Below are positions 62,776 to 64,000 of a stretch of DNA of 64,000 bases, in pieces. The translations under genes and the position numbers were made by a program. The stretch comes from Chrysemys picta bellii (Eukaryota). Every line of letters begins with the position of its first letter. The stretch's first letter is position 1. The notes under the pieces were generated by a model, which was not told the DNA's origin, did no database searches, and was given only the letters and a program-made list of their open reading frames with translations. Location of the stretch: positions 30,194,001 through 30,258,000 of the forward strand of contig NC_088792.1 of the NCBI RefSeq assembly GCF_011386835.1. Reading direction: 5' to 3'.

Positions 62776-64000
62776 TAAGCTGCTCACAGTGTTTAAGACT
62801 GCTGAAACCCAAGCAACATATTTGCTGTCTAAATGGCTGCTTATAAATTTGACAGTGTTCCATTTATACGTGAGGTTTTTTCTTCCCAAAGAGATCATCC
62901 TGTATTATTCTTCACAGGTAGCAACTCAATGCAAATTATTAATACCCATTGTAGGTAGTCTTCCTCCTCTCTCCCTCCCCCTACTTTTTTTAAAAGTACA
63001 TGACTTCACTTGAACATTCTATATAGAAATATATTTAACTTGGGGGACAAAGCATGAAATATTGTAGGAACTACCTATGGTAATCAAGCCAACAAAGTTA
63101 TCATTACAGATAAATAATTGGTCTCAAGAACAGCACAAAACAAAGATCCACTTTTTTCCTTTGGTCCTGTGTTCAAATGATGCTGTTTGGTGGAATGGGT
63201 CACTTACTGTATAATAGTTCCAAGAGGAAAGGAAAGTGGTACCCTTGAAATTGTTTTCTTCATAATCAGTTCTTTTATACCATGATACTCCCTTTTTATC
63301 TTTTCACAAAGAATGTTAACAGAGTCAGTTGAAAGAAAACGGCTTTTTTTTTCACATTTTAGAGGAGCCTGGGGAGCATTGTTGCAGCAGCCTTGTGTTG
63401 AGCCAGAAAGTCAACCCCACAGTATTTTTCAAAAGAAGTTCATACAGAAGAATTTTTCTCCAGGGGGAGTATCTTTTAAACTACTTCGCAGGTGGCTATC
63501 TCAGTACCATGCCATGCGCATTGCAGCCAAGTTGCCATTGTCTTAAATTCAACCTTCAGAAGGAAATTCCCTGTTCCCATAGAAGTATTGCAGAGTGGAG
63601 TCAGTTCTTCTGGCATTCCAACGAGAGATCTGTGCTGTGAAACTGATGAAAGGAGATATTTTAATAGTGACATTTGAGTTCGTTTATCATGACATTTTAG
63701 GGGCTTCACAGTACATATTTTGATCTTTGAACAATCTCGCAGCAGTCTATAACTGTTAAAAGGGGTGGGGGGAACCCTCTTCACACAAAATACAACACTA
63801 TTAAAGTCCAAAATGATGACGCATTTGACTGCGGAACAGAACCAGGATCTATTGGATATGCTTTAAATTTGAAATTAAAACACATTGTATTAATTTATTT
63901 TATTTTTATAGTTTATCTTGCTGTAATTAGCATTAAAATTACACAACATCTGAACGGCTGCATACCTTGAGACTAACTGAATGTTAGCATACGATCATGC

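Noticed and set aside
62521-63013. ORFs spanning the N run
   Set aside because: Artefacts of the assembly gap.

Overview
Vertebrate genomic DNA, most likely a turtle (inferred from the repeat repertoire: PsCR1-like CR1 LINEs, DIRS1-type elements and GTCTACAC-type foldback MITEs). The window lies inside the large 3' introns of PARD3 on the + strand. One coding exon is recognisable (16306-16563, [25 protein letters not shown]...[13 protein letters not shown]); I did not find the neighbouring exons. The rest is intronic and rich in transposable elements. The main ones are: a decayed DIRS tyrosine-recombinase retrotransposon (<1-4781) whose gag is interrupted by a 570-bp non-coding mini-DIRS; a Harbinger transposase relic; a young full-length CR1 (23419-28034, minus strand) flanked by an exact 76-bp target duplication; a 5'-truncated CR1; a Vingi/Ingi-like LINE fragment; and many L2, SINE and MITE fragments. 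The most interesting signals are: (1) a canonical U_UUA_AAC -1 slippery heptamer directly before the CR1 ORF1 stop, leading into the ORF2 frame; (2) the 76-bp duplication; (3) the mini-DIRS, whose internal complementary region lets the recombination event be reconstructed. Family assignments rest on recalled motifs, not database searches. No CRISPR, rRNA or true tRNA genes were seen.
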